Assembly (NCBI GenBank): GCA_963793265.1
Contig: CAWBZI010000004.1
Span: forward strand, 1 to 64,000
Length of the DNA stretch: 64,000 bases
DNA from: an uncultured cyanobacterium
GTDB taxonomy: Bacteria > Cyanobacteriota > Cyanobacteriia > Phormidesmidales > Phormidesmidaceae
Direction: 5' to 3'
The position numbers and the translations under genes are program-made. Under the pieces are notes generated by a model. It ran no database searches. It saw nothing but the letters and a program-made list of their open reading frames with translations, and had not been told where the DNA came from. Positions 28,510-39,218 of this stretch are shown here, one piece after another. The stretch's first letter is position 1. The number at the start of each line of letters is the position of its first letter.

Positions 28510-30600
28510 CTACATGCCCATTTCTCGTGCCGTTTCTTGCGCGATCGCCCCTGCCAACGTAGAAACACTCTCCTGCACCTGTCTTTCTACCCGCTGCAAA
28601 CGAGCGGCCTCTTGCTCCACATCAACCTCACGCTGTTGCTTTTGGCTCACTAGATTATTGAGTTCTGCCCTGCGCGCGTCAATATCATTGCTAATGCGGT
28701 CAATCGCCCGGTCTTCATACGCCTTAAAGCATTCCTTCACCGCCAGATGGATACTCGGCGCTTGTTCTTTAGCAATGCGAGGAAGCTGCTGGGCAAATCC
28801 CTTCTTAGTCGCTTTAAAGAATTCCTGGCGAACAATCTCAGCCTGCACGGCCAAGATGCCGCCTGCCGCTAAAATAATGCCGACAACATTTAGAAACAGG
28901 CTGCTAAAAACAATGCCGAGTACCTGCATCGCAATCGAGACACACACCGAAACCAAAGCCACTCGAAATACAGACTGCCAGTAGCCATTAAAGGCCCGAA
29001 TGCCGCCATTGAGATTGCCGGGAATGTCTTCAAAAATGTCTTTAATGCTATCGGCCCAGATTTTGGTTTGGCGCGGATTGTAGTCGGCTCCGACCCTGTA
29101 GGTGCGATCACCCATCATCTTTTGATGGATTACATCAATCACTTCCGCATAGGCCACCTGATAGTCAGCCGCACTGCTGTTTAGCTCATCAAAGGCGGTG
29201 CCTACCACCTGCTTAGCCGTAAACTCCCAAGCCGCCAGCCGGTCGTTAATATACCGTTCAAAAGCTCGCTTGAATTTGCTGTAGAAAGCCTGCCTTTTCT
29301 CAGCTTCTAAAAACGCTACGAATTCCAAATCAGGCTGAGAGCTGGCGAAGTCCTCTTCAAACGTATCTTCTAAGTTCAAAACGTAGCTGGTAAAGGACTC
29401 ACTGACCTTTTGCGCGCAGATATCGCGGCTGGTGTGGATGACTTTTCGATAGCGATCACGAATATTCTCCAGCTTGCCAAAATCACTCTGCACCGAAGCC
29501 ACCTTGGCCTCTAGCGCCTCTAGCGACTCGCCCAGCAAAGGAATTCGCCGCGCCACCGACGTACTTGTCGCCCGATAGGCCCGATTCGCCACGCTCAAAG
29601 CTCGCTGCAATTCGGCCTCACCACGCTCATAGGTCAAAAAGTGATCCAGACCGCCCAGCAGCTCTGGCAAACCCGAGCCCTCTAAAGACCCACCTTTCAA
29701 CCTTTGGCGCAAAGCCTGAAGCGCGGACACCTCAAAGAGCCGCTGGCTGTTTTCCCGGCTCGTCGCATACTCAGCCAAATTAGTGTTGAATACCTGCCGC
29801 ACGTTGGCTTCAGCTTGGGCGATCGCTACCGTATCTTCAGGATCTACCAAGCTAGCCGCAATCCGATCCCACCCGTTCACCACAAAAAACAAAGCCAGCC
29901 CAGAATCAGCCAAATAGTTGTTCAAATAACGCTGCTCATCCAATGTAAAAGGCTGCGTCGCGCCCATCACAAACAGCACTGCCTGACAGTCATTCAAATA
30001 GCTCAACACCTGCTCATTTCGAGACTCCGTATCGTTAAGCCCCGGCGTATCAATCAGCTCTATCCCATGTTCTAGCAGCGGCAGCGGATACTCCACTACC
30101 ACATGACTCATCGCAGGAAACGCTTCTGTAGCCTGATCTTCTAGCCGCTTAGACTCACTCGGATCAATCACATAGGTCTGCTTAAACGTTTCAACATCGA
30201 TTGTCTCAGGCGATCGCCCATCTTTAAAGTGCAGTACCACCTGCTTGGTTGGCCCGTACTTCAGCACCGTCAGCAGCGCCGTACAGGGATTCACATCACT
30301 CGGCAGCAGCGTTTCACCTATCAGCGCATTCAGCAGCGTACTCTTCCCGCGCTTCATATCGCCCATCACCATCAGCCGGTAAATGCCCTGGTTTAGCCCA
30401 TCAGCGGCCTGCTGCAAATCATGAATTGGCCCCGATAGCCCCAAAGAGCCTGACTGGCGATCGCTTAAAACTTCCGCCGCCTCAAGCAGTCCTACCATCT
30501 TAGTCAAACTATCAGCAACGCTCTTTCGCTTAGCGCTGAACTGCTCCCAGTTTTGCAAAGTGCCGCCGTTCGTTCCCTTATCAGAAGCCTCAAAAGCCAT
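28510..30600 (-). CDS. bacterial dynamin-like protein (BDLP)
   Basis: G1 GDMKRGKST, G2 NPCT, G3 DTPG, G4 NGWD, helical trunk and hydrophobic paddle. 696 aa. Confidence 0.92.
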   Translation of the reverse strand: MAFEASDKGTNGGTLQNWEQFSAKRKSVADSLTKMVGLLEAAEVLSDRQSGSLGLSGPIHDLQQAADGLNQGIYRLMVMGDMKRGKSTLLNALIGETLLPSDVNPCTALLTVLKYGPTKQVVLHFKDGRSPETIDVETFKQTYVIDPSESKRLEDQATEAFPAMSHVVVEYPLPLLEHGIELIDTPGLNDTESRNEQVLSYLNDCQAVLFVMGATQPFTLDEQRYLNNYLADSGLALFFVVNGWDRIAASLVDPEDTVAIAQAEANVRQVFNTNLAEYATSRENSQRLFEVSALQALRQRLKGGSLEGSGLPELLGGLDHFLTYERGEAELQRALSVANRAYRATSTSVARRIPLLGESLEALEAKVASVQSDFGKLENIRDRYRKVIHTSRDICAQKVSESFTSYVLNLEDTFEEDFASSQPDLEFVAFLEAEKRQAFYSKFKRAFERYINDRLAAWEFTAKQVVGTAFDELNSSAADYQVAYAEVIDVIHQKMMGDRTYRVGADYNPRQTKIWADSIKDIFEDIPGNLNGGIRAFNGYWQSVFRVALVSVCVSIAMQVLGIVFSSLFLNVVGIILAAGGILAVQAEIVRQEFFKATKKGFAQQLPRIAKEQAPSIHLAVKECFKAYEDRAIDRISNDIDARRAELNNLVSQKQQREVDVEQEAARLQRVERQVQESVSTLAGAIAQETAREMGM

Positions 30601-30688
30601 AGTGCCAGCCTAATATTTGACAATAATTTGCGTCCAAATTTAGACTACCCGTCACCTAAAGCAGTTTACTGACATGGGTTGAGAGGCT

Positions 30689-30748
30689 TTTTAAGGCGAC
30701 TACTTTTAAGGAGACTGTTTTTAAGGAGACTACTTTTAAGGAGACTGT
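30689..30748. repeat. tandem repeat, 4 x 15 bp
   Basis: TTTTAAGGCGACTAC TTTTAAGGAGACTGT TTTTAAGGAGACTAC TTTTAAGGAGACTGT. Confidence 0.95.
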
Positions 30749-30750
30749 GG

Positions 30751-32052
30751 TTACCAGGCGACCAGGCTACTCTCAATATCTTGTTTAGAAACCATAGAGA
30801 GGCTGTTAGAGGCTTCAGCAGACGAGAGATATTGCCTGGCCTGAGCTAGACCTGTTCTCGGTGCAATCTGCTTCAGCGCGCTTACTACATGCATCCGAAT
30901 GCGAGCATCAGAGTCACCTAGCAAAGGAATAAGGCTGTCAACCGCTTCACTCAAGCCCAGCCGAGAAAGTGCAGAAATCACAGACTGCTTGAAAGAAATG
31001 CTCTCTAAAGGGTCTAAACCGGCACCTTCGAGCCAGGCGACGAGCGGCTTAACTGCAGAATGTTTGAGCGCAGACGATCGCGTTTGTCCTAGCGATCGCG
31101 CAATCTCCTGCTTCACCGCTGGCATCACCAAAGGCATCGGGCAGTCAAAAGCCGTCGTTAGATAAAGTGTGGCCGTCGGATGATCGAACCAGCCCAGCGC
31201 TCGAACAGCAACATTTTTCACCTCAGAAGGCGCAGGCTGCGTGATGAATTGGCCCAAAGCGATCGCACAATCTTTGGTACCTAGTCTGCCAAGGGCGATC
31301 GCACTCTCTTTGGCAACCGCAGCCTCCTCCCCGAACAAACCCTGCTGTAGCAGCCCCACCAGATCAGTTGAGTTCAACAAATCAGCCCGGCGACCCAGTG
31401 CCCGAATCGCCTCAACTGCAATCGCAGGCGCATCATCTATCGCCTTCAGCAGTACTGGCGTCACGCGCGGATCGTGAAAGCTGCCGAGCGCTTCAATCGC
31501 CACTGCTCTAAGCTGCAGCTCAGGGCTATCCGTGACGCTCAATAGCGGCTCAATCACATCGCTACGACGAATTTTTGACAGGGTGCGAGCCGCCAGAATT
31601 CTCTTTTCAGTGCTTGTATTTGTTAATAGATAGGTGAGTGTCGCGATCGCACTTTCCCCCAGCTGAGTCAACGCCCGCGTCGCCTCTAGCTGTAACTCTT
31701 CAATCGGCGTGGTGACCAAAAAACTTGCTAGCGTCTCAACCACAACAGGATGGTCGTAACGCCCCAACATGCGAATTAAGAACCACTGATTCTCAGGATC
31801 TTCGCTGCTGTTTAAGTGGCCAATGAGATGCGGGACGGGAAGATTCTCCCAGTGTGCAAACTGCTTGGAAAAGCTGCGAGCGCTGTCCCATTTGCTGTGA
31901 AAATCGCCCGTAAGAACTGGGGCGATCGCCTCCTCTATAGCGGCTGACTCTGCCGTATCTATACAACAAGCCTCTAAAGATCGAGAGTCTAAAAAGCCCG
32001 CCGTAAGATCTACAGTCAAGTCTGATGAAGAGGTAAATTTAGCAACCGACAT
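30751..32052 (-). CDS. nirB: HEAT/PBS-lyase repeat protein NirB
   Basis: GDFHSKWD N-terminal motif and repeated AIEALG/AIRALG/AIALG units. Divergent from nirA, as nirB is in other cyanobacteria. Confidence 0.75.
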   Translation of the reverse strand: MSVAKFTSSSDLTVDLTAGFLDSRSLEACCIDTAESAAIEEAIAPVLTGDFHSKWDSARSFSKQFAHWENLPVPHLIGHLNSSEDPENQWFLIRMLGRYDHPVVVETLASFLVTTPIEELQLEATRALTQLGESAIATLTYLLTNTSTEKRILAARTLSKIRRSDVIEPLLSVTDSPELQLRAVAIEALGSFHDPRVTPVLLKAIDDAPAIAVEAIRALGRRADLLNSTDLVGLLQQGLFGEEAAVAKESAIALGRLGTKDCAIALGQFITQPAPSEVKNVAVRALGWFDHPTATLYLTTAFDCPMPLVMPAVKQEIARSLGQTRSSALKHSAVKPLVAWLEGAGLDPLESISFKQSVISALSRLGLSEAVDSLIPLLGDSDARIRMHVVSALKQIAPRTGLAQARQYLSSAEASNSLSMVSKQDIESSLVAW

Positions 32053-32247
32053 AAACTTACTAAAAGCTTCCTAGAGTAGAGGACAAAATAAATTAAAAGC
32101 CAAACAAGAACGATAGAACAAATTATAAAACAGCAAAGCTAGACAAAAGTTCTAGCTTCAATATATAAAGATCATTTGTTGAATTGACAGCTTTTCAATC
32201 ACTCTAGAGCCCCCAGCCGCCATACTGACGGTGCTTGTGCAGCTCTC

Positions 32248-32263
32248 GCATAGTAATTATGCA
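32248..32263. promoter_or_regulatory. candidate NtcB (LysR) binding site
   Basis: Inverted repeat GCATA-gtaat-TATGC overlapping a T-N11-A, about 50 bp upstream of the NtcA box. Confidence 0.45.
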
Positions 32264-32299
32264 AAAAGCAAAATTATTCATTCAAAATAGCGAATAACC

Positions 32300-32341
32300 G
32301 TATCGGATGATACAAAACGTTAAGTGAATCTTCCATATTGT
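32300..32341 (+). promoter_or_regulatory. NtcA-activated promoter of the nirA operon
   Basis: GTA-TCGGATGA-TAC at 32300-32313, a 22 nt spacer, then TATTGT (TAN3T) at 32336-32341. Confidence 0.85.
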
Positions 32342-32553
32342 GATGTCAACTCAACAGCAGATGAGTTGAACAAAACCCTAAGACGGTTCCTTATAAGCGT
32401 GGTAGGTAGGTGCGTTTGTCGAATGCTTAAACGGTTTTTAATAAAAGCATCTACCCCTTTCTTCCACCGCCTAAATGAGAGGGTTTGAGAGCTACTTTTA
32501 GTAGACCATTGCTAGGTTCGCGTTTTACACGGTTGTTAATAGTTGGGTACAGC

Positions 32554-34125
32554 ATGTCTACGACTCCAAGCGTTGCTGAAAAAGTAGAAAAGAAAGTAGA
32601 AAAAAAGAACAAATTTGAGAAATACAAGGCCGAGAAAGACGGCCTAGCTGTTAAAGACGAGCTAGACAAGTTTGCTGAGATGGGTTGGGAAGCTGTCGAT
32701 AAAACCGACCTCACCGGACGGCTAAAGTGGCTCGGTATCTTTTATCGCGAAGTCACCCCTGGCAAGTTCATGCTGCGCCTGCGGATGCCCAACGGCGTCA
32801 TCACTAGCAGCCAAATGCGAATTCTTGCCGAAATTGTAGAGCGCTACGGCGACGACGGCTGCGCTGACATCACCACCCGCCAAAACCTCCAGCTCAGAGG
32901 CGTCCGCCTAGAGGATATGCCCGGCATTTTCGAGCGTTTTAAGCAGGCCGATATCACCTCTATGCAATCAGGCATGGACAACGTGCGCAACATCACCGGC
33001 TCTCCAGTTGCAGGCATTGCCGCTACTGAGCTAATCGATACGCAAGAGCTAGTGCGCAAAGTCCAGGACATGATCACCAACAATGGTGAGGGCAACTACG
33101 ACTTCACTAACTTGCCTCGTAAGTTCAATATTGCTCTAGAAGGCAGTCGCGAAGACTCGATTCACTCTGAAATCAACGACATCGCCTTCATTCCTGCTTT
33201 TAAAGACGGTACGGAAGATTCAGAACTAGGCTTCAATGTAATCGTCGGTGGCTTCTTCTCAGCTCGGCGCTGCGATTCTGCGATTCCGCTTAACGCCTGG
33301 GTGCCTGCTGACGATACGGTCGTTGAAATTTGCCGGGCAATCCTTACGGTATTTCGCGACAACGGCTCACGCGGCAACCGCCAGCAAACCCGTCTGATGT
33401 GGCTGATTGAGGCGATGGGCTTAGAAGGGTTTCGCGCTGCGGTAGAAGCAGAAATGGGCCAAAAACTTGAGCCTGCTGCGCCTAGCGATGCCATTACTGA
33501 AGAAGACAAAAGCGATCACTTAGGCATTTACCCCCAAAAGCAGCCTGGGCTCAACTATGTAGGATTGCATGTCCCTGTTGGCCATATCTATGCCGAAGAC
33601 ATGACTGAATTTGCTCGCCTCGCTGAGGTGTACGGCAACGGCGAGATTCGCCTCACCGTAGAGCAAAACGTGATCATCCCTAATATTGCAGATGCCCGGC
33701 TAGAAGCCTTCTTGCAAGAAGAGCCCGTGCAAAAGTTCTCTATTGAACCCTCTACGCTGGTGCGCACTCAGGTGTCCTGCACAGGATCGCGGTTCTGCAA
33801 CTTCGCGCTGATAGAAACCAAACAGCGGGCCCATGCCCTAGCCCAAGCGCTAGACGCAATGCTAGACGTGCCCGAAAAAGTGCGAATGCATTGGACAGGC
33901 TGTCCTAATTCTTGCGGTCAGCCGCAGGTCGCTGACATTGGCTTTTTGGGCACTAAGGCTCGCAAGGATGGGAAGTCGGTAGAGGCAGTGGACATTTATA
34001 TGGGCGGCAAGGTGGGCAAACATGCTCAACTGGGCGATCGCGTCATGAAAGCCGTCCCTTGTGAAGACTTGCAGGAGGTTGTTTCTGGCCTGCTGAAAGA
34101 AAAATTTGGTGCGACAGCCAAATAG
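32554..34125 (+). CDS. nirA: ferredoxin-nitrite reductase
   Basis: NKFEKYK, TTRQNLQ, LPRKFN, CTGSRFC and TGCPNSCG motifs. ATG 32554 preferred. Confidence 0.96.
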   Translation: MSTTPSVAEKVEKKVEKKNKFEKYKAEKDGLAVKDELDKFAEMGWEAVDKTDLTGRLKWLGIFYREVTPGKFMLRLRMPNGVITSSQMRILAEIVERYGDDGCADITTRQNLQLRGVRLEDMPGIFERFKQADITSMQSGMDNVRNITGSPVAGIAATELIDTQELVRKVQDMITNNGEGNYDFTNLPRKFNIALEGSREDSIHSEINDIAFIPAFKDGTEDSELGFNVIVGGFFSARRCDSAIPLNAWVPADDTVVEICRAILTVFRDNGSRGNRQQTRLMWLIEAMGLEGFRAAVEAEMGQKLEPAAPSDAITEEDKSDHLGIYPQKQPGLNYVGLHVPVGHIYAEDMTEFARLAEVYGNGEIRLTVEQNVIIPNIADARLEAFLQEEPVQKFSIEPSTLVRTQVSCTGSRFCNFALIETKQRAHALAQALDAMLDVPEKVRMHWTGCPNSCGQPQVADIGFLGTKARKDGKSVEAVDIYMGGKVGKHAQLGDRVMKAVPCEDLQEVVSGLLKEKFGATAK

Positions 34126-34313
34126 ACGTGCATATACCCCGGCCTGGCGGCTACCTTCGATCCTTTTGGAGGTGGGGTGCCGGGCCAAAAAAAGAAGCCC
34201 AGAGGCGGCAACCTTTGAGCTTCAGGCTAAAACACACTGCACTTGCAACGTTGGTTTTAAGAACCTGACATATCAAGTGCAACGCATATTTATACTTAGG
34301 AGCATAGCGCAAG

Positions 34314-35945
34314 ATGATCGGAGAGTTGTTTACAAAACCAACTCAGGGTAGGTATAAAATCCTTCACCTTACTTGGTTTGCGTTCTTTTTATCGTTCGTA
34401 GTCTGGTTTAATTTCCCGCCTTTTGCGACCACAATTGTTCAAGAGTTTGGCTTAACGCCTGCTCAGGCCGGTACGATCGGCCTTTGTAACGTAGCTTTAA
34501 CAGTTCCGGCCCGCGTCATTATCGGAATGCTGCTCGATAAGTACGGCCCTCGCTTAACCTATTCTGCCTTACTTATCTATTCCGCCATTCCCTGCCTAAT
34601 TTTTGCCACGGCAACAAGTTTTAATCAGCTTGTTATTGGCCGCTTGCTGATGGGTATCGTCGGCGCGGGGTTTGTCATTGGTATTCGGATGACGGCTGAG
34701 TGGTTCCCGCCTAAAGATGTTGGAACCGCTGAAGGTATCTACGGCGGCTGGGGCAACTTTGGCTCCGCGTTCAGCGCGTTTACCATGGTGCTGATTGGGA
34801 TGGCGCTAAGCTTTTTGCCAGGTGCCTTTCAGTTTCCTGAAGCGCAAAGCTTTAACGTGCTAGGCATTGGCTTTAGTAGCGATGTGCTGAACTGGAGAGC
34901 TGCGATCGCAGGCTCTGGTATCATCGCCGCTCTCTACGGCTGTTTCTACTACTTCAACGTTACCGATACGCCCCCCGGCAAAGTTTACCGCAAGCCCAAA
35001 AGTGCGCGCGGCATGGAAGTCACCACCGTTCGCGACTTCTGGTTCCTGATGGGAATGAACATTCCTTTAACGGCCATTTTGATGGTGCTTGCCTGGCGCT
35101 TAACTAAAGTCAACTTCATCTCCATTCCGGTGATGTACATCGTTTGGCTTGGTCTATTAGGTCTTTATGCGTTCCAGTCTTACAACTGCTGGGCTGTGAA
35201 CAAAGAATTGCTGGCAGGCCGCAAGCGCTATACCGCTGAAGACCGCTATCGATTTAAGCAAGTAGCCCTGCTAGAGCTAACTTATATTGTGAACTTCGGC
35301 TCTGAGCTAGCTGTAGTTTCTATTCTGCCTGCATTCTTTGAAGGAACCTTTGGCCTAGACAAAGCAACCGCCGGTATGATCGCGGCAAGCTACGCATTCA
35401 TGAACCTAGTGTCTCGTCCTGGCGGCGGCATCATCTCTGACTCTGTGGGTAGCCGTAAATGGACAATGACCGTTTTACTAGGCGGAATGGGCATTGGCTA
35501 CCTAATCTTCAGCATGGTGGGTAGCAGCTGGTCGCTTCCTCTAGCGGTTCTACTTGTGATGGTTTGCTCTTTCTTTGTACAGGCCGCAGAAGGTGCAACC
35601 TTCGCCCTAGTACCGCTGGTCAAGTCTCGTATTACAGGGCAAGTTGCCGGTAACGTAGGCGCATACGGTAACGTTGGGGCAGTAGCCTATCTCACTATCT
35701 TGCTACTGCTCAAAGAAGCGCTTGTCCCTGCTGGTGACGGCATTGATCCAGCCTTGGTAGCAGCCGGAACAGCCGCCGCTAACTCCGCTTTCTTCCAAGT
35801 TCTAGGCGTTGCCGGGCTAGTTGTGGCCTTCCTATGTGCGTTCTTCCTCGACGAGCCGAAGAACTCCTTTGCTGACGCTCACGAAACCGATGCGGAAGAT
35901 TTGGCTGTTCCTGTAGCACCGGGTAGTCCCTCTGTAATGAGCTAA
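34314..35945 (+). CDS. nrtP: MFS nitrate/nitrite permease (NarK/NRT2 family)
   Basis: GGWGNFG and FGSELAVVS motifs, about 12 TM segments, located between nirA and narB. Confidence 0.92.
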   Translation: MIGELFTKPTQGRYKILHLTWFAFFLSFVVWFNFPPFATTIVQEFGLTPAQAGTIGLCNVALTVPARVIIGMLLDKYGPRLTYSALLIYSAIPCLIFATATSFNQLVIGRLLMGIVGAGFVIGIRMTAEWFPPKDVGTAEGIYGGWGNFGSAFSAFTMVLIGMALSFLPGAFQFPEAQSFNVLGIGFSSDVLNWRAAIAGSGIIAALYGCFYYFNVTDTPPGKVYRKPKSARGMEVTTVRDFWFLMGMNIPLTAILMVLAWRLTKVNFISIPVMYIVWLGLLGLYAFQSYNCWAVNKELLAGRKRYTAEDRYRFKQVALLELTYIVNFGSELAVVSILPAFFEGTFGLDKATAGMIAASYAFMNLVSRPGGGIISDSVGSRKWTMTVLLGGMGIGYLIFSMVGSSWSLPLAVLLVMVCSFFVQAAEGATFALVPLVKSRITGQVAGNVGAYGNVGAVAYLTILLLLKEALVPAGDGIDPALVAAGTAAANSAFFQVLGVAGLVVAFLCAFFLDEPKNSFADAHETDAEDLAVPVAPGSPSVMS

Positions 35946-36012
35946 GGCGCAGATTCGTTTTTCTTAAGTAAGTACGATGTGATTGCTTTTCAATAGCAGG
36001 TACTTACTGAAT

Positions 36013-36048
36013 CGATAGGGAGCGCTATTTTGCTCCCTATCGTTTTTT
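36013..36048 (+). terminator. intrinsic-terminator-like hairpin between nrtP and narB
   Basis: CGATAGGGAGC-N8-GCTCCCTATCG followed by TTTTTT. Confidence 0.7.
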
Positions 36049-36094
36049 GTAGCTCAGGCTTTTTACGGCGCATCTTTACTTAAGGGAGGTTTTT

Positions 36095-38365
36095 ATGCCA
36101 CTTTCACCCCAAGTACTCTCAGATAAGACCATGTGTCCTTACTGCGGTGTGGGCTGTGGTTTAGAAGTATTCCCGCCAGCTCGCAAAGGCCGAGGTGTGA
36201 CCCGCGACAGCGAAGGCAGACCCATTTGGCAGGCTGTCGGTAACAAGGCCCACCCTTCCAGCAAAGGGCAGGTTTGTATTAAAGGCGCTTCTGTAGGCGA
36301 GTCGTTGAACAAAGACCGGCTAAAAGTGCCGATGATGCGCGAATCTTTAGACGTGCCTTTCGTAGAAGTAAGCTGGGAAGACGCCTTCAGCCGTATCACT
36401 TCAGAAATTCAAAAGTCCATCGCTCAGCGCGGCCCCGATTCAATTTGTATGTATGGCTCCGGCCAGTTTCAAACCGAAGACTACTACACCGCCCAAAAGC
36501 TCGTAAAGGGATGCATTGGCACTAACAACTTCGATGCCAACTCCCGTCTGTGTATGTCTTCAGCGGTCGCAGGCTACATCCAAAGCTTCGGCTCTGATGG
36601 CCCGCCTTGCTGCTACGAAGATTTAGAAACAACAGACTGTGCTTTTTTAATTGGCACCAACACCGCCGAATGCCACCCGATTATCTTTAACCGGCTCAAG
36701 AAGCACCATAAAAAGAACAAAGCCGTCAAAATGATCGTGGTCGATCCGCGTCGAACCGCGACCGCTAAAGACGCCGATCTGCATTTGCCGATTAAGCCTG
36801 GCACAGACATTGCCTTGCTCAATGGAATTGCTCATCTGCTAATCCGATGGGGCAAGCACGACCCCTTGTTCATTGACTACTGCACCGATGGCTTTGCCGA
36901 CTACGCGCAGGTGGTGAGCCAGTATCCGCCAGATAGAGTGGCCGAGATTTGTGGTATTTCTCAAGCTGAAGTAGAGACGGCGGCGCGGATGTGGGCGGAC
37001 TCTGCGCGGGTGCTATCGCTGTGGTCGATGGGCGTGAACCAATCGACAGAAGGCACCGCGAAAGTTCGTACGATTATTAATTTGCACCTGATGACCGGAA
37101 ACATTGGGCGTCCTGGTGCCGGGCCGTTTTCATTGACCGGACAGCCCAATGCGATGGGTGGGCGCGAGGCGGGCGGGCTAGCTCATATTTTGCCAGGCTA
37201 CCGGCTGATCAAAAATCCTGAACACCGGGCCGTGGTGGAGAGGGTTTGGCAATTGCCGCCGGGTAGCATTTCGCCTGATCCGGGGCTGGCCGCCTGGGAT
37301 ATGATGCTGGCTTTGGAGCAGGAGCAGGTCGGGGTGATGTGGATTGCCGCGACCAATCCTGCTGTGAGTATGCCAGATATTGCGCGGACGAAAGCGGCTT
37401 TGCTTAAGTCGCCATTCACTATTTGTCAGGATGCTTACTATCCGATTGAAACAGCCGCCTACGCGCATGTGGTACTGCCTGCGGCACAGTGGGGCGAGGC
37501 TACTGGCACTATGACCAACTCAGAGCGCGTGGTAACGCTGTGTCCGGCGTTTCGCGCCCCGGTTGGCCAGGCCAAAGCAGACTGGGAGATTTTTGCAGAA
37601 GTCGGGCGCAGGTTAGGCTTTAAAGAGCAGTTTAGCTTTGCAGATTCAGCAGCGGTGTATGACGAGTTTGTAGGGCTCACTGCCGGGCGGCTGTGCGATA
37701 TGAGCGGGCTTAGTCATGAGCGACTCGCGATCGCTGGCCCGATTCAATGGCCCATCCCGATCTGCGAAACCGCCGCCACCGCCGCTACCAAGTTTGACAA
37801 GCGTCTGTACACCGACTTTCAATTTCCTACCGAAAATAGCCGTGCCAAGTTCGCTGCCTTTCACGTCAAAGGCTTAGCTGAACCGCCCGATCAGGCATTT
37901 CCGATGGTGCTCACGACCGGGCGACTGCTGGGGCACTGGCACACCCAAACGCGAACCGGGCGAATTGAGAAAATTGCCAAGAAGTATTCGCAGCCGACGC
38001 TAGAAGTTAATCCGAGGGATGCACAGAAATTGGAGTTGCAGTCAGGAGATTGGGTAGAGGTGCGATCGCGTAGAGGCTTTGCCCATCTTCCTATCCTGGT
38101 CACCCAAAACATCGCCCGAGGTACCGTTTTCATGCCGATGCACTGGGGCTTTTTGTGGGCCAAAAACATCGAAGTCAACTCACTCACCCATCCCGAGGTA
38201 TGCCCGATTTCACTAGAGCCCGAGCTAAAAGCCTGCGCCGTACAGCTCACACCTATCGCCATGCAGCCAGCCACCGTTCGGCCGACCACCGCCGAACAAA
38301 TTATGGCAATGGTGCAGCCGACTCAGGCTGTTGCTAAGCAACCCGTGAGCGTCGGTCAAAGTTAA
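36095..38365 (+). CDS. narB: ferredoxin-dependent assimilatory nitrate reductase
   Basis: [29 protein letters not shown] and [11 protein letters not shown] motifs. Confidence 0.96.
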   Translation: MPLSPQVLSDKTMCPYCGVGCGLEVFPPARKGRGVTRDSEGRPIWQAVGNKAHPSSKGQVCIKGASVGESLNKDRLKVPMMRESLDVPFVEVSWEDAFSRITSEIQKSIAQRGPDSICMYGSGQFQTEDYYTAQKLVKGCIGTNNFDANSRLCMSSAVAGYIQSFGSDGPPCCYEDLETTDCAFLIGTNTAECHPIIFNRLKKHHKKNKAVKMIVVDPRRTATAKDADLHLPIKPGTDIALLNGIAHLLIRWGKHDPLFIDYCTDGFADYAQVVSQYPPDRVAEICGISQAEVETAARMWADSARVLSLWSMGVNQSTEGTAKVRTIINLHLMTGNIGRPGAGPFSLTGQPNAMGGREAGGLAHILPGYRLIKNPEHRAVVERVWQLPPGSISPDPGLAAWDMMLALEQEQVGVMWIAATNPAVSMPDIARTKAALLKSPFTICQDAYYPIETAAYAHVVLPAAQWGEATGTMTNSERVVTLCPAFRAPVGQAKADWEIFAEVGRRLGFKEQFSFADSAAVYDEFVGLTAGRLCDMSGLSHERLAIAGPIQWPIPICETAATAATKFDKRLYTDFQFPTENSRAKFAAFHVKGLAEPPDQAFPMVLTTGRLLGHWHTQTRTGRIEKIAKKYSQPTLEVNPRDAQKLELQSGDWVEVRSRRGFAHLPILVTQNIARGTVFMPMHWGFLWAKNIEVNSLTHPEVCPISLEPELKACAVQLTPIAMQPATVRPTTAEQIMAMVQPTQAVAKQPVSVGQS

Positions 38366-38388
38366 TGCGCTAGCCGTGACCTTGTAGT

Positions 38389-38895
38389 ATGAATAAGTAC
38401 TCAGCGGGAGTGTACAGCGGTGTGGGTAAACGACTGGTTAGATTTCTTCGTCACCATCTCAGCGATGAAGGGTTTTTAGTCAATTTAGAACGATTTGAAG
38501 GGCTCGTTTCTAAGCTGCTTTCGATTGCGATGGTGATGGTCATTATCGTTGTCGCAATCGATTTGGTGATGTATCTGAGCGTTTATCTAGGCCAAGAAAT
38601 TTTGAACGTGGGCGATCGCGATCCCATCGTATTTTTTGGCGAAACGCTGCTCGACATTTTTGGTCTATTCCTTAGTGTACTCATCGCCCTAGAGATCTTA
38701 GAAAATATCACTGCCTACCTCAAAAAGCATGTCGTGCAAGTAGAGCTAGTGATTGTGACTTCACTGACAGCCGTGGCCCGTAAGATCATCATTCTGGACT
38801 TGAAGGAAGTCTCGGGTGTGAGTTTGATTGGACTGGCGATCGCAATTCTCTCCCTATCTATTAGCTATTACATCGTCAGAGACATTCACACTTAA
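38389..38895 (+). CDS. PsiE family membrane protein
   Basis: LIALEILENI and AVARKIIILD motifs. Confidence 0.85.
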   Translation: MNKYSAGVYSGVGKRLVRFLRHHLSDEGFLVNLERFEGLVSKLLSIAMVMVIIVVAIDLVMYLSVYLGQEILNVGDRDPIVFFGETLLDIFGLFLSVLIALEILENITAYLKKHVVQVELVIVTSLTAVARKIIILDLKEVSGVSLIGLAIAILSLSISYYIVRDIHT

Positions 38896-39218
38896 GCCTT
38901 CGCGCCAGACTCAGCACTACTGCGATGTAGCCTGTCAAGCACGCGCTTAACCGAAATTCGTTTCCACTGCTGGCCTCTTTTAGTCGTATAGCCTTTCGCG
39001 TTGAGCCAGTTAGCAATTTGCTGCAGGGACTTCTCTAACTGGTGATGATGAGAAATCAGCGCAATCACCTGCTGCTCCTGTTCATCTCTCACAAGCTGGC
39101 CGTTCACCGTGCGCTCACCATAAGGCGGCGAGCCATAACCTGCATAGCCGCCCTGCGCAGCTTTGGCTCTGCGACCAGCCTCTAATCTTTGCCAGGTAGG
39201 ATTGGGTTCTGAATTCAT
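38892..39218 (-). CDS. recombinase-domain-only protein
   Basis: GGYAGYGSPPYG, SLQQIANWLNAKGYTTKRGQQW. No catalytic resolvase domain. Confidence 0.75.
   Translation of the reverse strand: MNSEPNPTWQRLEAGRRAKAAQGGYAGYGSPPYGERTVNGQLVRDEQEQQVIALISHHHQLEKSLQQIANWLNAKGYTTKRGQQWKRISVKRVLDRLHRSSAESGAKA

Noticed and set aside
30689..30748. CRISPR array
   Set aside because: Units are contiguous 15-mers with no spacers and there are no cas genes.
24384..39218. prophage suggested by lysozyme plus recombinase domain
   Set aside because: No structural, packaging or integrase genes; the intervening genes are core nitrate genes.
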